NCBI RefSeq assembly: GCF_037042905.1
Contig: NC_087251.1
Span: 33,048,001 to 33,112,000 of the forward strand
Direction of reading: 5' to 3'
Source of the DNA: Lytechinus pictus
Taxonomy: Eukaryota
DNA length: 64,000 bases
The stretch's first letter is position 1. The number at the start of each line of letters is the position of its first letter. Below, piece by piece: positions 12,600 through 25,825 of the stretch. The position numbers and the translations under genes are program-made. The notes under the pieces were generated by a model. It worked only from the letters and a program-made list of their open reading frames with translations. It was not told the DNA's origin and searched no databases.

Positions 12600-14010
12600 T
12601 TTTTATAGCCCAGCTTTTATATGGATAAAGTCAACTGCGCTTGTTGAGAGCTCTTTTTACTTATCTCTACACAGCATATTTTCTTAACTAAAGAGATATG
12701 TTTTCAATTTTGATTTGAAGAGAGTCAAGGATGGAGAGCTTCTTATATCAATTAGCAGGCTATTCCATAGTTTGGGGGCAACAAGTGCAAATGCACGATC
12801 ACCAAGTGTGACTTTTGTTTTATGAAATGGGATCTGAAACAATAATTAATATGTGGAACATCGCAGCCTTCGACTGTGTGATTGGGTTTTAAGTTTGAGT
12901 AATTCTGTAATGTAATGTGGGGCTTGACTGATTAATGATTTATATACAATTAACAGAATTTTGAATGAAATTCGTTGACGTACAGGCAACCAGTGGAGTT
13001 CTCTCAGAAGAGGTGAAGTGGATCTGAACTTTGGGACACAGTAGATAAATCTTGCACATGAATTTTGGACTCTTTGTAACTTACTTCACGCTTCCTCAAC
13101 TCTTTTGTTCCGCTCTCTATCCGCAAATACAATGAACTACACTAAAATAAGCCCATATCTTGTCACTTTGCCAGTCATCTGTACTTCATCAAATTTCACC
13201 TCTTCAACCAGTTAACATATCTTTAAGTGATAATACATGTAATATTATAATATAAAAATGTAACAATATAATGACTGAAATAATGACATCTATGGTGTGC
13301 ATAATGTATATTAATGTGCAGTATAATCAATAACAACTTTTTGATGCCGATCAGACATGTATGACTTGATCCAGTTGAGAGCAACACCATTGATACCGAA
13401 ACAATTATGCAAAATTTCCAAAAGTCTGGTGTGGTCTATAGTATCAAATGCGCTACTTAAGTCTAGTAATACTAGAAGAGTGACTTCCTGATTGTCCATT
13501 ACCATCAGAATATCACTCTTAATCCTAAGCAGCGCAGTTTCTGTACTATGATCTTGTCTATATGCAGATTGGTTGGATGGAAGAAGTGAATTGCTATTGA
13601 GAAACTGTAAGATTTGTTGAGTGGCTGCACCTTCAACCAATTTTGAAATGTATTGTAAGTTGCTTTAATACAGGTCTTAGATTACAGAATTCAGGATCTA
13701 GACCTGGCTTTTTCAACAGAGGTGAAACCAGGGCTACTTTCCATTCATTAGGACAATGACCTGTAGACAGGGAGACCTTGATCATAGATGTAAACACTAG
13801 TAGTATAACATCAATATGTTGCATAATAATATTTGTTGGAAGTGGATCAGCCGAGCAAGACTTCTCAGTGACATTCATCACGAGTTGCCTTACTTCTCTT
13901 TCTGATAAAAGTTTAAATTTATCAAAGGGTGCTGGAGATAAACAAGATGAATCAGTATCAATACCATCAATCAAATTTATATTGGATTGAATATCGCTGT
14001 GAACACTAAG
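12600..14010 (-). mobile_element. Decayed L2-clade LINE (RT fragments and C-terminus)
   Basis: ORFs 13633-14064 and 13311-13640 contain WKVALVSPLLKKPGLD, QSAYRQDHSTETALL and LLDLSSAFDTIDH. 12690-12810 on minus reads GDRAFALVAPKLWNSL...FKSKLKTYLF. Frameshifted and internally deleted. Confidence 0.88.
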
Positions 14011-16070
14011 AACTTTATCATGAAAGTATTTTCTGGTAGTAAGTAAATAATTTCCATTTACCATAATTTTTTCAATTCTATTTTTTTATGACATTAATAT
14101 TCAACATTTGAACTACGGAAATAAACATGATTTTCATTTGATTCAATGATTGTATTTTGTTTTGGTCCAATTATGCTTAAGTGTCCAATATGTGGGCACT
14201 TTACTCTATTTGTATCATAAAGACAAGAAAGTAAAAAAATCGATTGAGCCCTGTCGGGGGGATTTTGCATTGTTAACCCCCTAATGGCGGCTGCACAATC
14301 GTGAGCCGTCTGTGTAGGAGAATTTATTAAAAATGTTCAAAAACTCCTCGAAACAGACGGCTGCCAGCTGTCTCTAATAACCCCAGCCCACCCATGGGTT
14401 CATTACATACCGCGTGCGAAGGAATATCAAATGCACGCGACACATGCAACTCTTTCATGGGATTTTGCCCAATTAAAAGATACAAACACTAAAATAAAAA
14501 TGTTCACATTGTGCTATCAGCTATGACACCTACCAAATGATCTGAGGTAACTTTGCTGACTTCTCTGCGCATTTTGTTCCAAAGAAATTGTATTTTTCTC
14601 TTGATCTTCACGTAGATGCCTGTAGAAAAGCGACAAAATCAACTTTTTGCCTAAAGAGGGCGCGCAATTATCTTCAAATCAAAGATACTACATAGAAAAG
14701 ACTACGCACAAAAACTATTTTACATGTAAATTGATGCAAAGCATTACGTGAAGTCAGCAAAGTGTCCAATCTTTTTATTGTAAAGACTTTGGTGGAATGT
14801 TCGTTGACAAACGGTAGCACTGCTGGCTTTGCCCAAGGCATGTAGAATTTTCTACTTTTTTGTTTAATTTGTCATTGCTTTGAATGTTTTCCAAAAAGTA
14901 TTATCGTCAGCAAAAAATTATCTAAAGAGTATGTTTTTCATGTTATTGCATTTATTGATGTCTATATTTTATCAAACAATCATGGGAATTTTGCATACAA
15001 TGAATCTAGAATCTAAAGTTAGACTTTAGCTTTTTCTAGTTATAAAATACAGACGAGCAGAATTAAGGTTGTGCATTGTATTAGCGCCACCAACGACCTT
15101 CCTTTTATTTCCGTGGAAGAGACATGCGAAGTCACTTTCCTGGCCGAGGTAAGCGATTTTGCTCTTTTTTATGTGCTTTTTATATTTAAAAAAATATACA
15201 AATTGAAAATGGAAAGCCCGTCAGGCGTCATCTGAAAAAGCCCTGGTGAGTAGCGGAATGAGTTTCGCTACCATCATGACCATTATTCCCGTTATGAAGC
15301 GATGTTAACAGACTAAAATATCCACTGCACGCTGCGTACACACGTTTGTAGTGCAAGGTTAGTATAGTATACTAATCTCGCAATATGTGTGAGTGACCCC
15401 AGCCAAGCTTAGTTAGGCCCAGCGAATACTAAACCGACTTAGTCTTGAGGACTCCATGATGATGTCTTTTTAAAATCCTTTGACGTATACTTCTTCATCA
15501 TTGGAGTCTTGAACCCCGCCCATATATGTATAAGAGACCCAGGTAAACAAAGATGGATTCTTTTCATAAAAGAATCACGTAAAATAGGTTGATTTTATTA
15601 ATTTCTACACCTTCCTACGCCTAATGCGTAGGAAGGTTTTAAAAAATGGTCCCTAAAAATGTTTAAAAATTAAGGTTTCTTACCAGACTGATGTCGTGTA
15701 GATCCCTCGATCCACATGTACACAACGCAAATACAATAGTGTCGACCCTTGAACAGCTTATTATGACGAACATCCGATTAGCGATGCCGGTTTGAAGAAC
15801 AATTTAGGCCATGTAAAAAAAGATAGTAATTGATCGTTCGGGTTTTTTTAGAGCAGTGATGAGGGAGGTCCTTACTATTTGCTATCTTTAATACTATTTT
15901 TTTTAAAAACAAGGAGGCATTTTCTCTGCCCGTTTTTTGACATCAGTGATGAGGGAGGTCCTTACTATTTACTATTTTTTTGCTATTTTTTATTCAAATG
16001 ATTGTCAGGCCATGTCAAGCTTGAATTATGTGATCGATGCATGCTCAATATTAATAATAAATGAGTAGAA

Positions 16071-16107
16071 ATATATATATATAGATATATATATATATAT
16101 ATATATA
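16071..16107. repeat. (TA)n microsatellite
   Basis: ATATAT run with one G interruption. Confidence 0.95.
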
Positions 16108-16220
16108 CAATTGATTGGAAATCTATGGAAAATGTATTATGCGACAAAAATCTATTGATGTATTACTGATGTATACCGGTACTGTATTGTAAAACAAAAT
16201 GTTCATGTCAAGTGAATGAT

Positions 16221-16808
16221 TTAAACGGATGGTCCGGGCTGAAAATATTTATATCTTAATACATAGAGTAGAATTCACTGAGCAAAATGCCGAAAATTTC
16301 ATCAAAATCGGATAATGAATAATAAAGTTATTGAAGTTTAAAGTTTAGCAATATTTTGTGAAAACAGTCGTCATGAATATTCATTAGGTGGGCCGATGAT
16401 GTCACATCCCCAATTTCCGTTGTCTTATGTTATTAAATAAAATCATAATTTTGTCATTATTTCATACTTGTGTGAATAATGTCTCCCTTATAATGAAATA
16501 AGTTGCAGCAATAAATATCTAATGCACTAAATCAGTTGTCAATCCAATTTTTCTAGTTCTTGGAGGAAAAAATTTGAATAAACCCAATTTCATATAATAA
16601 AATACAAAAGAACAAGTGGAGATGTGACATCATCAGCCAACCTAATGAATATTTATGACGACTGTTTTCACAAAATATTGCTAAACTTTAAAATTCAATA
16701 ACTTTGTTATTTGTTATCCGATTTTGGTGAAATTTTCAGCATTTTGCTCAGTGAATTCTACTCTATTTATTAAGCTATAAATATTTTCAGCCTGGACCAT
16801 CCCTTTAA
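16221..16808. mobile_element. Kolobok-like MITE with long TIRs, same family as 114-683
   Basis: TTAA-ACGGATGGTCCGGGCTGAAAATATTT ... AAATATTTTCAGCCTGGACCATCCCT-TTAA, with ~185-bp complementary arms. Confidence 0.85.
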
Positions 16809-17936
16809 ACATTATTTTATATTAATATATATGTAAATAAGGGTAAAAAATGCATGGGGGGGTCATTTTTATTACCATGGAGCCATGTTCAGTTTTCCAG
16901 AGCCAATCTCTTTTCTAGCTCTGGGCATGGTTTCGCATCGCAGTTTCCAGCTGCTTGTATATTCGTTTACATAATGTTTAATACTGTTAAATTTTTATTC
17001 ATTTTTTAAACTGTTAATTGTTCACATGTTTATCATTTCAATATTTGTAACTGTTAAAGTGTTAGATCTATTTAATAACTAATTTTTACAATTGTCCATC
17101 AAATTGAATAGCTCAAGGAAGAATGAAGTTTATCAAATTTGAACAGAATTGGCACTTACTGGAATCCCATTAATGATTTTCAATCTTGATAATGAATAAC
17201 CCACTTGAAATTATTTTTTGAATATTCAATGCATTGCCTGCTGACGTTAGAAAACTCGCCAGAAAATTCAATTCATTTCACAAATTCACATGTCGCGCCA
17301 GCAGTCAATCACATCATCCCAGCACACATGCATTCATCAATCACCGTAGCACACATCGAAGTACAGGCGCTATCACTCACCAAAAAACCCCGCTGAAATA
17401 CAAATTACGTCATTAAAATTGATTTTATAATATCTGCGCCATATTTCCAAAGCACGCGACGGATTAGTTCAGATTCAGGAAACGGGGTCCCTGAAAATGC
17501 ACTAAAAATGAAGAAATCCGTGATCTTTTCCGAGTTTGCAAACTTCTTCTTCTTATGTTGGTTTGAGTGGCGATTAGTCATATTTGACTATTGTCGCCAT
17601 ACTTTATTTTCTGGCTAATTTATGATGGTATCTTCAAAATTCCAATAAAAAACCAAATCAGAATTTTTTTCTTTCTTGCAGTTACGGCGATATCGGACTT
17701 TGCAATTGTTTTTTAATTTTAGTATTTGTGAAATAATAATTTTTATCTATAAATTGTTCTTCAAAACGGCATCGCTAATCGGATGTACGTCATACATAAG
17801 CAGTTCAAGGGTCGACGCTATTGTATTTGCGTTGTGTACATGTGGATCGAGGGATCTACACGACATCAGTCTGGTAAGAAACCTTAATTTTCTAACATTT
17901 TTAGGGACCATTTTTTAACACCTTCCTACGCATTAG

Positions 17937-18745
17937 TAGGGACAGTGATTTTCCGCGATCGCGGAAAACGGACGGAATTCACGGAAAGGGCCTTTTGAAA
18001 CGGAAAGTGGCATTTCAAACGGAAAATCACGGAAAACGTATTTTCCCTCAAAATACACAGAATAGCAACAGAAATTACTCCAAAATCACAGCAAAATGAG
18101 AATATTAAATGGCCAAAAACCCCCAGAAAACACGATCTCACTTCGCTACTATCATGACAATTCACACATTGTGACTGCACTCGACATCAGCACACTCGTT
18201 TGTACCCCGCACCGTACCCGTACCCGGCCGGCCGGATTGGGCTTCACATGCACACATATCGTTCAACTACATGTACACGGTCGTGTGTTGCTGCCCTCTA
18301 CGTTTGAAGATGTAACAGCACGATATCGTGGTCTTAAAATCCAAGATGGCGGATTGGGGAAAAGCCGTTGACTGATGATAACGATGTCCAAAAACCCCCA
18401 AAATTATCGATGAAATATCATTTCACCGTGAAATAATGCTAATAATATGAAAGGTGAGGATGTATGCATGCAAAATGGGTGTGTAAAAATATTTTATGCA
18501 CCCGCATAGATCCGATTAGAACGGATTTTATTGTGTTGTTGGTACAGTAGCAGATACAAATTTTGACCAGTGCGAGTGTGCGTGTTGTGATTTTGCTATT
18601 CAATGTGTAAACGGAATTGTCACTTTTCCGTGTGTACAAAGTTTATGGGGAAACGGAATTTCCGTTTTCTGACATGCTGAAACGGAATTTGAGATTTTCT
18701 GAAACGGAAAAGGCAATTTTTTGAAACGGAAAATCACTGTCCCTA
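17937..18745. mobile_element. hAT-like MITE with 6-bp TSD
   Basis: Perfect 19-bp TIR TAGGGACAGTGATTTTCCG. CATTAG is duplicated at 17931-17936 and 18746-18751. Many subterminal ACGGAA motifs. Confidence 0.85.
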
Positions 18746-18760
18746 CATTAGGCATAGGAA

Positions 18761-20237
18761 TAGTCTTGAGGACGCAATGATGATGACTTTTAAAATCCTG
18801 TCATATACTTCTTCATCATTGACGTCTTGAACAGGCCTTCATAGACATGTAAGAGAACGAAGTAAACAAAGATGGATTTCCCTAGGAAATCCATCTTTTC
18901 ATAACAGAATCGCGTGAAATACGTTTATTTTATTAATTTCTACACCTTCCTACGCCTAATGCGTAGGAAGGTTTTAAAAAATGTTAGATAAAAATGTAAA
19001 AAAATAAAGGTTTCTTACCTAACTGATGCCGCGTAGACCCCTCAATCCACATGTAAACAACGGAAATACAATAGCGTTGACCCTTGAACCGCTTATGTAT
19101 GACGTACTTCCGGCTAGCAATGCCGATTTGAAGAACAATTTATAAATAAAAATTATTTTACAAATACTAAAATTTATTCGTAATTATAAATAATTTTCAG
19201 TATACCAATTATTTATAATTACGTAATAAATTTTATTATTTATAAAATAATTTTTATTTATAAATTGTTCTTCAAAACGGCATTGCTAGCCGGAAGTACG
19301 TCATACATAAGCGGTTCAAGGGTCAACGCTATTGTATTTCCGTTGTTTACATGTGGATCGAGGGGTCTACGCGGCATCAGTTAGGTAAGAAACCTTAATT
19401 TTTTTACATTTTTTCTAACATTTTTTAAATAAAATAAACGTATTTCACGCGATTCTGTTATGAAAAGATGGATTTCCTAGGGAAATCCATCTTTGTTTAC
19501 TTCCTTCTCTTACATGTATATGAAGGCCTTTTCAAGACTCCAATGATGAAGAAGTATGTCAATTTTTTTTTAAAAAGACATCATCATGGAGTCCTCTACC
19601 TCAGGCGATGTTCGTGCAGGCTCCACTCCACTTCACTACCGCTACACTACGCTCCACCTACCCGAACATCGGGACAGTGAACTCGATCGGATATTCCTAG
19701 TCACAAAGGTGGGATGGCAATCATGGTTATCGTAAAAATTAAAGAAAAAAAATATAACGAGGGATATGAATGACTTAATATCTTACTCTACACCCATATT
19801 TCACTCCGTGTCCATCCTCCGGTTATCCTCAAAATTGGTGATTTTGGGCCAGTATCTTTTTCCTTACACGTATTATTCACGGCCGATTTCAAAACATTGC
19901 ATGCGATTGGTCGCTGATCGATTGCGATGTTTTGAAATCGGCCGTGAATAATACGTGTGAGGAAAAAGATACTGGCCCAAAATCACCAATTTTGAGGATA
20001 ACCGGAAGATGGATATGGAGTGAAATACGGGTGTAGAATAAGATATTAAGCTATTTATCTGTCTCGTTATATTTTTTAGGGTAATTTTTACAATAAACCA
20101 TCATTTCATCCCACCTTTGTCACTCAGTATATCCGAAATGGATCACCGTCCCGAAATTCGGGTAGGTGGAGCGTAGTGTAGCGGTAGTGAAGTGGAGCCT
20201 GCACGAACATCGCCTGAGGTAGGAGTCCTCAAGACTA
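18761..20237. mobile_element. Foldback element B (second copy of family A), inserted into the right arm of A
   Basis: TAGTCTTGAGGAC ... GTCCTCAAGACTA. Arms of about 430 bp pair around an AT-rich centre at ~19200. The right end is interrupted by 19597-20221. Confidence 0.85.
19597..20221. mobile_element. Palindromic 625-bp element with 9-bp TSD
   Basis: TACCTCAGGCGATGTTCGTGCAGGCTCCACT ... AGTGGAGCCTGCACGAACATCGCCTGAGGTA. GGAGTCCTC occurs at 19588-19596 and 20222-20230. Arms pair to a centre near 19910. Confidence 0.88.
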
Positions 20238-21045
20238 GCGTAAGACTAAGTCTAAGAAGACCGTGTAGAAATTAATAAAATCAACCTATTTTACGCGATT
20301 CTTTTATGAAAAGATGGATTTCCTAGGGAAATTGGCATTATCGTGGTTTATGTCACCAGTCCATTCACTGCCGTTTATTTCGACAGCGGTGGTGACATCT
20401 TTCCACTCCCATCAGTAGAGGCGCACGGCCAATATTGGAGACTATCTCCAATGTGGGAGATTATCTCCAATATCAGAGACTTTTGTAAAGAATTTTGGTA
20501 TCCAATTTTAGAGACAGTCTCCAGTTTTGGAGTCCAATTTCCTTTGTTTACATTTGCTGCAAAAGGATTACCTTGGCGGCAAATAAAAATGTGATAAGCA
20601 GATTCCTCATTAAAAAGGCCAAATTCGCTATTGTGCCCAAGCGCCATTAAAACTGCTCAGCCCAGTGAAAATTCTTATCGCTAGACGTGCGTAAGAGCAT
20701 GTGCGACCGGTGTCACACATGACCGCACAATAACAAAGCTCAGTCAGCGGGATATCGGCGTTCAGTGAAGTGGCGTGTTAATGGGTATTTCAGCTGTGCG
20801 AGAGAGGGGCGGGGATTAGGGATTGGGGGGGGGGGGTGAAGGGGCACTAAAATATATGAAATCGGCGGGTTTTCAATAAAATACTATGTGCATCGTATTT
20901 TCGTTTTCTTTTTGTGTTTTCTGTATGATACATGGTGGGTGGATTTATTCCTCATTCATTCATTCCATCCAATTTATTCATCATACTGCACATTTCATTT
21001 CATATCATATTACATAACACTGTTTTACTAACCTTATTTTTTCTG

Positions 21046-21116
21046 TCCTTGATGGGAATCGAACTCGAACCTTTTGATCTGCAGTCCAGCATCGTAGTCA
21101 GCACGCCACATGAGAT
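21046..21116 (-). pseudogene. Degenerate tRNA-like sequence (CTGCAGA loop, Cys-like)
   Basis: Minus strand reads GTGGCGTGCTGACTACGATGCTGGACTGCAGATCAAAAGGTTCGAGTTCGATTCCCATC. A B-box-like GTTCGATTCC is present but the stems pair poorly. Confidence 0.45.
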
Positions 21117-21971
21117 GAGCTGACAGCCGAAACTGGTTTAGCGCTCAAGTCGTACGGAGGTTTCCCCGGCGGCAGTTAGCAGGCCAGGGAATCAACGATC
21201 CGTGATTTAATTAATTAGAAAATATATATATTTAAGGATCCAGGGGCTATAGATAATGGTACCAATAATTCCAAACAGGATTTTGTTATTTTTTTCACTT
21301 CGTTTATATTATCGCTATGTATTTTAACACGATGTGCGTTTACTATTGAGTATATTGAGTCACCTGAAATAACACCCGGAACTTTTCTCTGTTTAGGCAA
21401 CAGGGGGCCTAAACATGGAACAAAAAACTCACGCAACTAGTTTGCACTTGATGTTCGTAGTCGGCGTGTAGGCCTAAAACTTTATTTTAACATATATATA
21501 GCTTCCTTTTTTTCATTCTAAACTCCCAAGTTATCCCCTCTACAGCAAACATCATGTCGCTATCGGTCCGCCAATATACGATCTTCTCGGATATTTTAAA
21601 ATAAATGTGGCATTTTGGTAGGCACGGCAAAATTGAAAAAAAAAGTATGCACAAGAAATTGTAAATAATTTCATATACTCACTTTTGCGTTATCCTTCTT
21701 GGTTATATATAAATGCCCCGTTATATTGAATTTTAACCTCCTTCACTCCTTCCGCCAAATTATTCCAAGTCAACAAATTTCCTCATTTTTTTTTCGCCCG
21801 GCAAGCTCATCAATCATCTCTCTCATTAAACCTTTCTTTCTTCACTCTAATCCTCTCAAACAATCCTCACTCTAATCCTCTGCGAAAAGTTGCGCCCTCC
21901 ATGTCAATCGTGCCCCACTGACATCAAGATGTGTCTTGCCGCATCTCGCACATAATGCATAAACTTTTATG

Positions 21972-24900
21972 CATGATTTTATATATTCATGAACTTTCAC
22001 TTTATGCTGTATTTTTATGTTGTTTCTCAATTTTCCTCCTTCGCGTTATTGCTTTATTCCGTAATTGTTAAACTCTATATAGGGCATTTTATTATGTCCA
22101 ACATTTTTGCGTATCTTTTCTACTCTTCCATCGTCACCCTATCATAAATGGATTTTGTCAATGTTAGCTTATTTTTATTTTCCTCAAGAAAGAGCAAGAC
22201 GGACTATTAAAGATACAGATGTATATTCCAAAGGTGATTAGCTACAAATACGGAATAAAGGAAAAACATATGTTAAAACGCAATTTGATTTTTTTGTGGG
22301 GCAAATTGATTAAGGTGTTAGTATAGTGACAAACTTCACTAAATACGGGATAAAGCTTATAGAGAAAACGGAAAACTTGGTGAGCATAGGGACGAATCAA
22401 CCGAGATTCTAATAATTACTATTGACCGGAGGGCGGGAAAAGTGGTGTTCTGGGTTTGAAATGTCTGTCTGGGCGGGGGGTAGAGCGAAGGAAAAGTATA
22501 TAAGGCAACAAAAATGGGAGGCATATTCGGGTGAGAGTATAAAATCTTCAACAAAATACGTAAAAACCGATATAGTAAAGTTGAAACGCAATAATATATA
22601 TATATATTTTTTTTTTTTGGGGGGGGGGCATAATTATTTAGGTGCTAATAAAGAGTGACAATTAAGCTTCACCAAAACACGGAATAAAGTAATAAAGAAA
22701 AGTTTGTGGGCATAAAGTACTAATGAATGATCGAGCCAAGATTCTTAATTCTCTATTGCTTTAGTCCGTATCAATTTGATGCAGTATAGAGTGACTGCAT
22801 AAAAAATATACAGAATAAAGCAATACAGAAATGTTGGCATATTAAGGTGCTGGTATAAAGTGACAAACTTATCAAAATACGGAATAAAGCGATATAGAAA
22901 ATTTTGAACACAATTTAATTTTCTGTGGGTATATTAAGGTGCTAGTATAGAGTGACAAACTTCATAAATATACGGAATAAAGCAATATAGAAAAGTCGGT
23001 GGGCATCTTAAGTTGCTAGTATACAGGCCCAAATTTCTTGAAATATGGAATAAAGCAAGAGAGAAATGTTCTCATTTAATTGATTCCTCAAAAATTGAAT
23101 ATGTTATTTTTATACAATTGTTTTACTAGTGATGATTCTGATTTTAATGTTATTGATATCGAATTTATTCACTATTTGTATATAGAACCTAAGTTACACT
23201 TTTATCTTTTTGTATATATTGTTATTTCATTTTAACAGGACCATGTTTAAAAACAGTGAATCTGAGCTTGTTATCCTGTATAAAGATATTTAAATAAATA
23301 AATAAATTTGTTATATTTGTTTATAGTCTTCATTCTTTATGGTGTATATTGCTTTTATTACGTGTCTCTGTGTCTTTTTTTTTCTTTTTTTCATCTGTTC
23401 ATGATTTTATTTATTCATGAACTTTCACTTTATGCTGTATTTTTATGTTGTTTCTCAATTTTCCTCCTTCGCAATATTGCTTTATTCCGTAATTGTTAAA
23501 CTCTATATGGGGCACTTTATTATGTCCAACATTTTTGCGTATCTTTTCTACTCTTCCATCGTCACCCTATCATAAATGGATTTTGTCAATGTTAGCTTAT
23601 TTTTATTTTCCTCAAGAAAGAGCAAGACGAACTTTTAATGGTACAGATGTATATTTCAAAGGTGATTAGCTGCAAATATACGGAATAAAGGAAAAACACA
23701 TGTTAAAACGCAATTTGATTTTTTTGATGGGCAAATTGATTAAGGTGTTAGTATAGTGACAAACTTCACTAAATACGGGATAAAGCTTATAAAGAAAACT
23801 TGGTGAGCATAGGGACGAATCAACCGAGATTCTAATAATTACTATTGACCGGAGGGCGGGAAAAGTGGTGTTCTGGGTTTGAAATGTCTGGCTGGGCGGG
23901 GGGTAGAGCGAAGGAAAAGTATATAAGGCAACAAAAATGGGAGGCATATTCGGGTGTTAGTATAAAATCTTAAACAAAATACGTAAAAACCGATATAGTA
24001 AAGTTGAAACGCAATAATATATATATATTTTTTTTTTGGGGGGGGCATAATTATTTAGGTGCTAATAAAGAGTGACAATTAAGCTTCACCAAAATACGGA
24101 ATAAAGTAATAAAGAAAAGTTTGTGGGCATAAAGTACTAAGTGATGATCGAGCCAAGATTCTTAATTCTCTATTGCTTTAGTCCGTATCAATTTGATGCA
24201 GTATAGAGTGACTGCATAAAAAAAATGAAATAAAGCAATACAGAAATGTTGGCATATTAAGGTGCTGGTATAAACACAGTGACAAACTTATCAAAATACG
24301 GAATAAAGCGATATAGAAAATTTTGAACACAATTTAATATTCTGTGGGTATATTAAGGTGCTATAGTATAGAGTGATAAACTTCATAAATATACGGAATA
24401 AAGCAATATAGAAAAGTTGGGCATATTAAGTTGCTAGTATACATGCAGGCCCAAATTTCTTGAAATATGGAATAAAGCAAGAGAGAAATGTTCTCATTTC
24501 ATTGATTCCTCAAAAATTGAATATGTTACTTTTATACAATTGTTTTACTAGTGATGATTCTGATTTTAATGTTATTGATATCGAATTCATTCACTATTTG
24601 TATAGAACCTAAGTTACACTTTTATCTTTTTGTATATATTGTTATTCCATTTTAACAGGACCATGTTTAAAAACAGTGAATCTGAGCTTGTTATCCTGTA
24701 TAAAGTTATTTAAATAAATAAATAAATTTGTTACGTTTGTTTATAGTCTTCATTCTTTATGGTGTATATTGCTTTATTACGTGTCTCTGTGTTTTTTTTC
24801 TTCTTTTTTTCATCTGTTCATGATTTTATTTATTCATGAACTTTCACTTTATGCTGTATTTTTATGTTGTTTCTTAATTTTCCTCCTTCGCAATATTGCT

Positions 24901-25825
24901 TTATTCCGTTATTGTTAAACTCTATATAGGGCATCTTATTATGTCCGACATTTTTGCGTATCTTTTCTACTCTTCCATCGTCACTCTATCATAAATGGAT
25001 TTTGTCAATGTTAGCTTATTTTTATTTTCCTCAAGAAAGAGCAAGACGAACTTTTAATGGTACAGATGTATATTCCAAAGGTGATTAGCTACAAATACGG
25101 AATAAAGGAAAAACATATGTTAAAACGCAATTTGAATTTTTTGATGGGCAAATTGATTAAGGTGCTAGTATAGTGACAAACTTCACTAAATACGGGATAA
25201 AGCTTGTAGAGAAAACTTAGTGAGCATAAGGACGAATCAACCGAGATTCTAATAATTACTATTGACCGGAGGGCGGGAAAAGTGGTGTTCTGGGTTTGAA
25301 ATGTCTGGCTGGGCGGGGGGTAGAGCGAAGGAAAAGTAAGGCAACAAAAATGGGAGGCATATTAGGGTGTTAGTATAAAAACTTCAACAAAATACGTAAA
25401 AACCGATATAGTAAAGTTGAAACGCAATAATATATATATATATTTTTTTTTTTGGGGGGGGCATAATTATTAAGGTGCTAATAAAGAGTGACAAGCTTTA
25501 CCAAAATACGGAATAAAGAAAAGTTTGTGGGCATAAAGTACTAAGTGATGATCGAGCCAAGATTCTTAATTCTCTATTGCTTTAGTCCGTATTAATTTGA
25601 TGCAGTATAGAGTGAGTGCATACAAAATATACAGAATAAAGCAATACAGAAATGTTGGCATATTAAGGTGCTGGTATAAAGTGACAAACTTATCAAAATA
25701 CAGAATAAAGCGATATATAAAATTTTGAACACAATTTAATATTCTGTGGGTATATTAAGGTGCTAGTATAGAGTGACAAACTTCATAAATACACGGAATA
25801 AAGCAATATAGAAAAGTTGTTGGGC
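21972..25825. repeat. Tandem triplication of a ~1.42-kb unit (third copy partial)
   Basis: CATGATTTTAT(A/T)TATTCATGAACTTTCAC recurs at 21972, 23400 and 24819, each followed by colinear, highly similar sequence. Confidence 0.92.

Noticed and set aside
15807..15975. A further complete GGCC-ended element in the centre of foldback A
   Set aside because: Only one end and a 27-bp internal duplication are visible; no matching right TIR or TSD was found.
21110..21145. Hammerhead ribozyme (GATGAG...CGAAAC)
   Set aside because: The core reads GAGATGA rather than CTGANGA, and stems I-III could not be formed convincingly.
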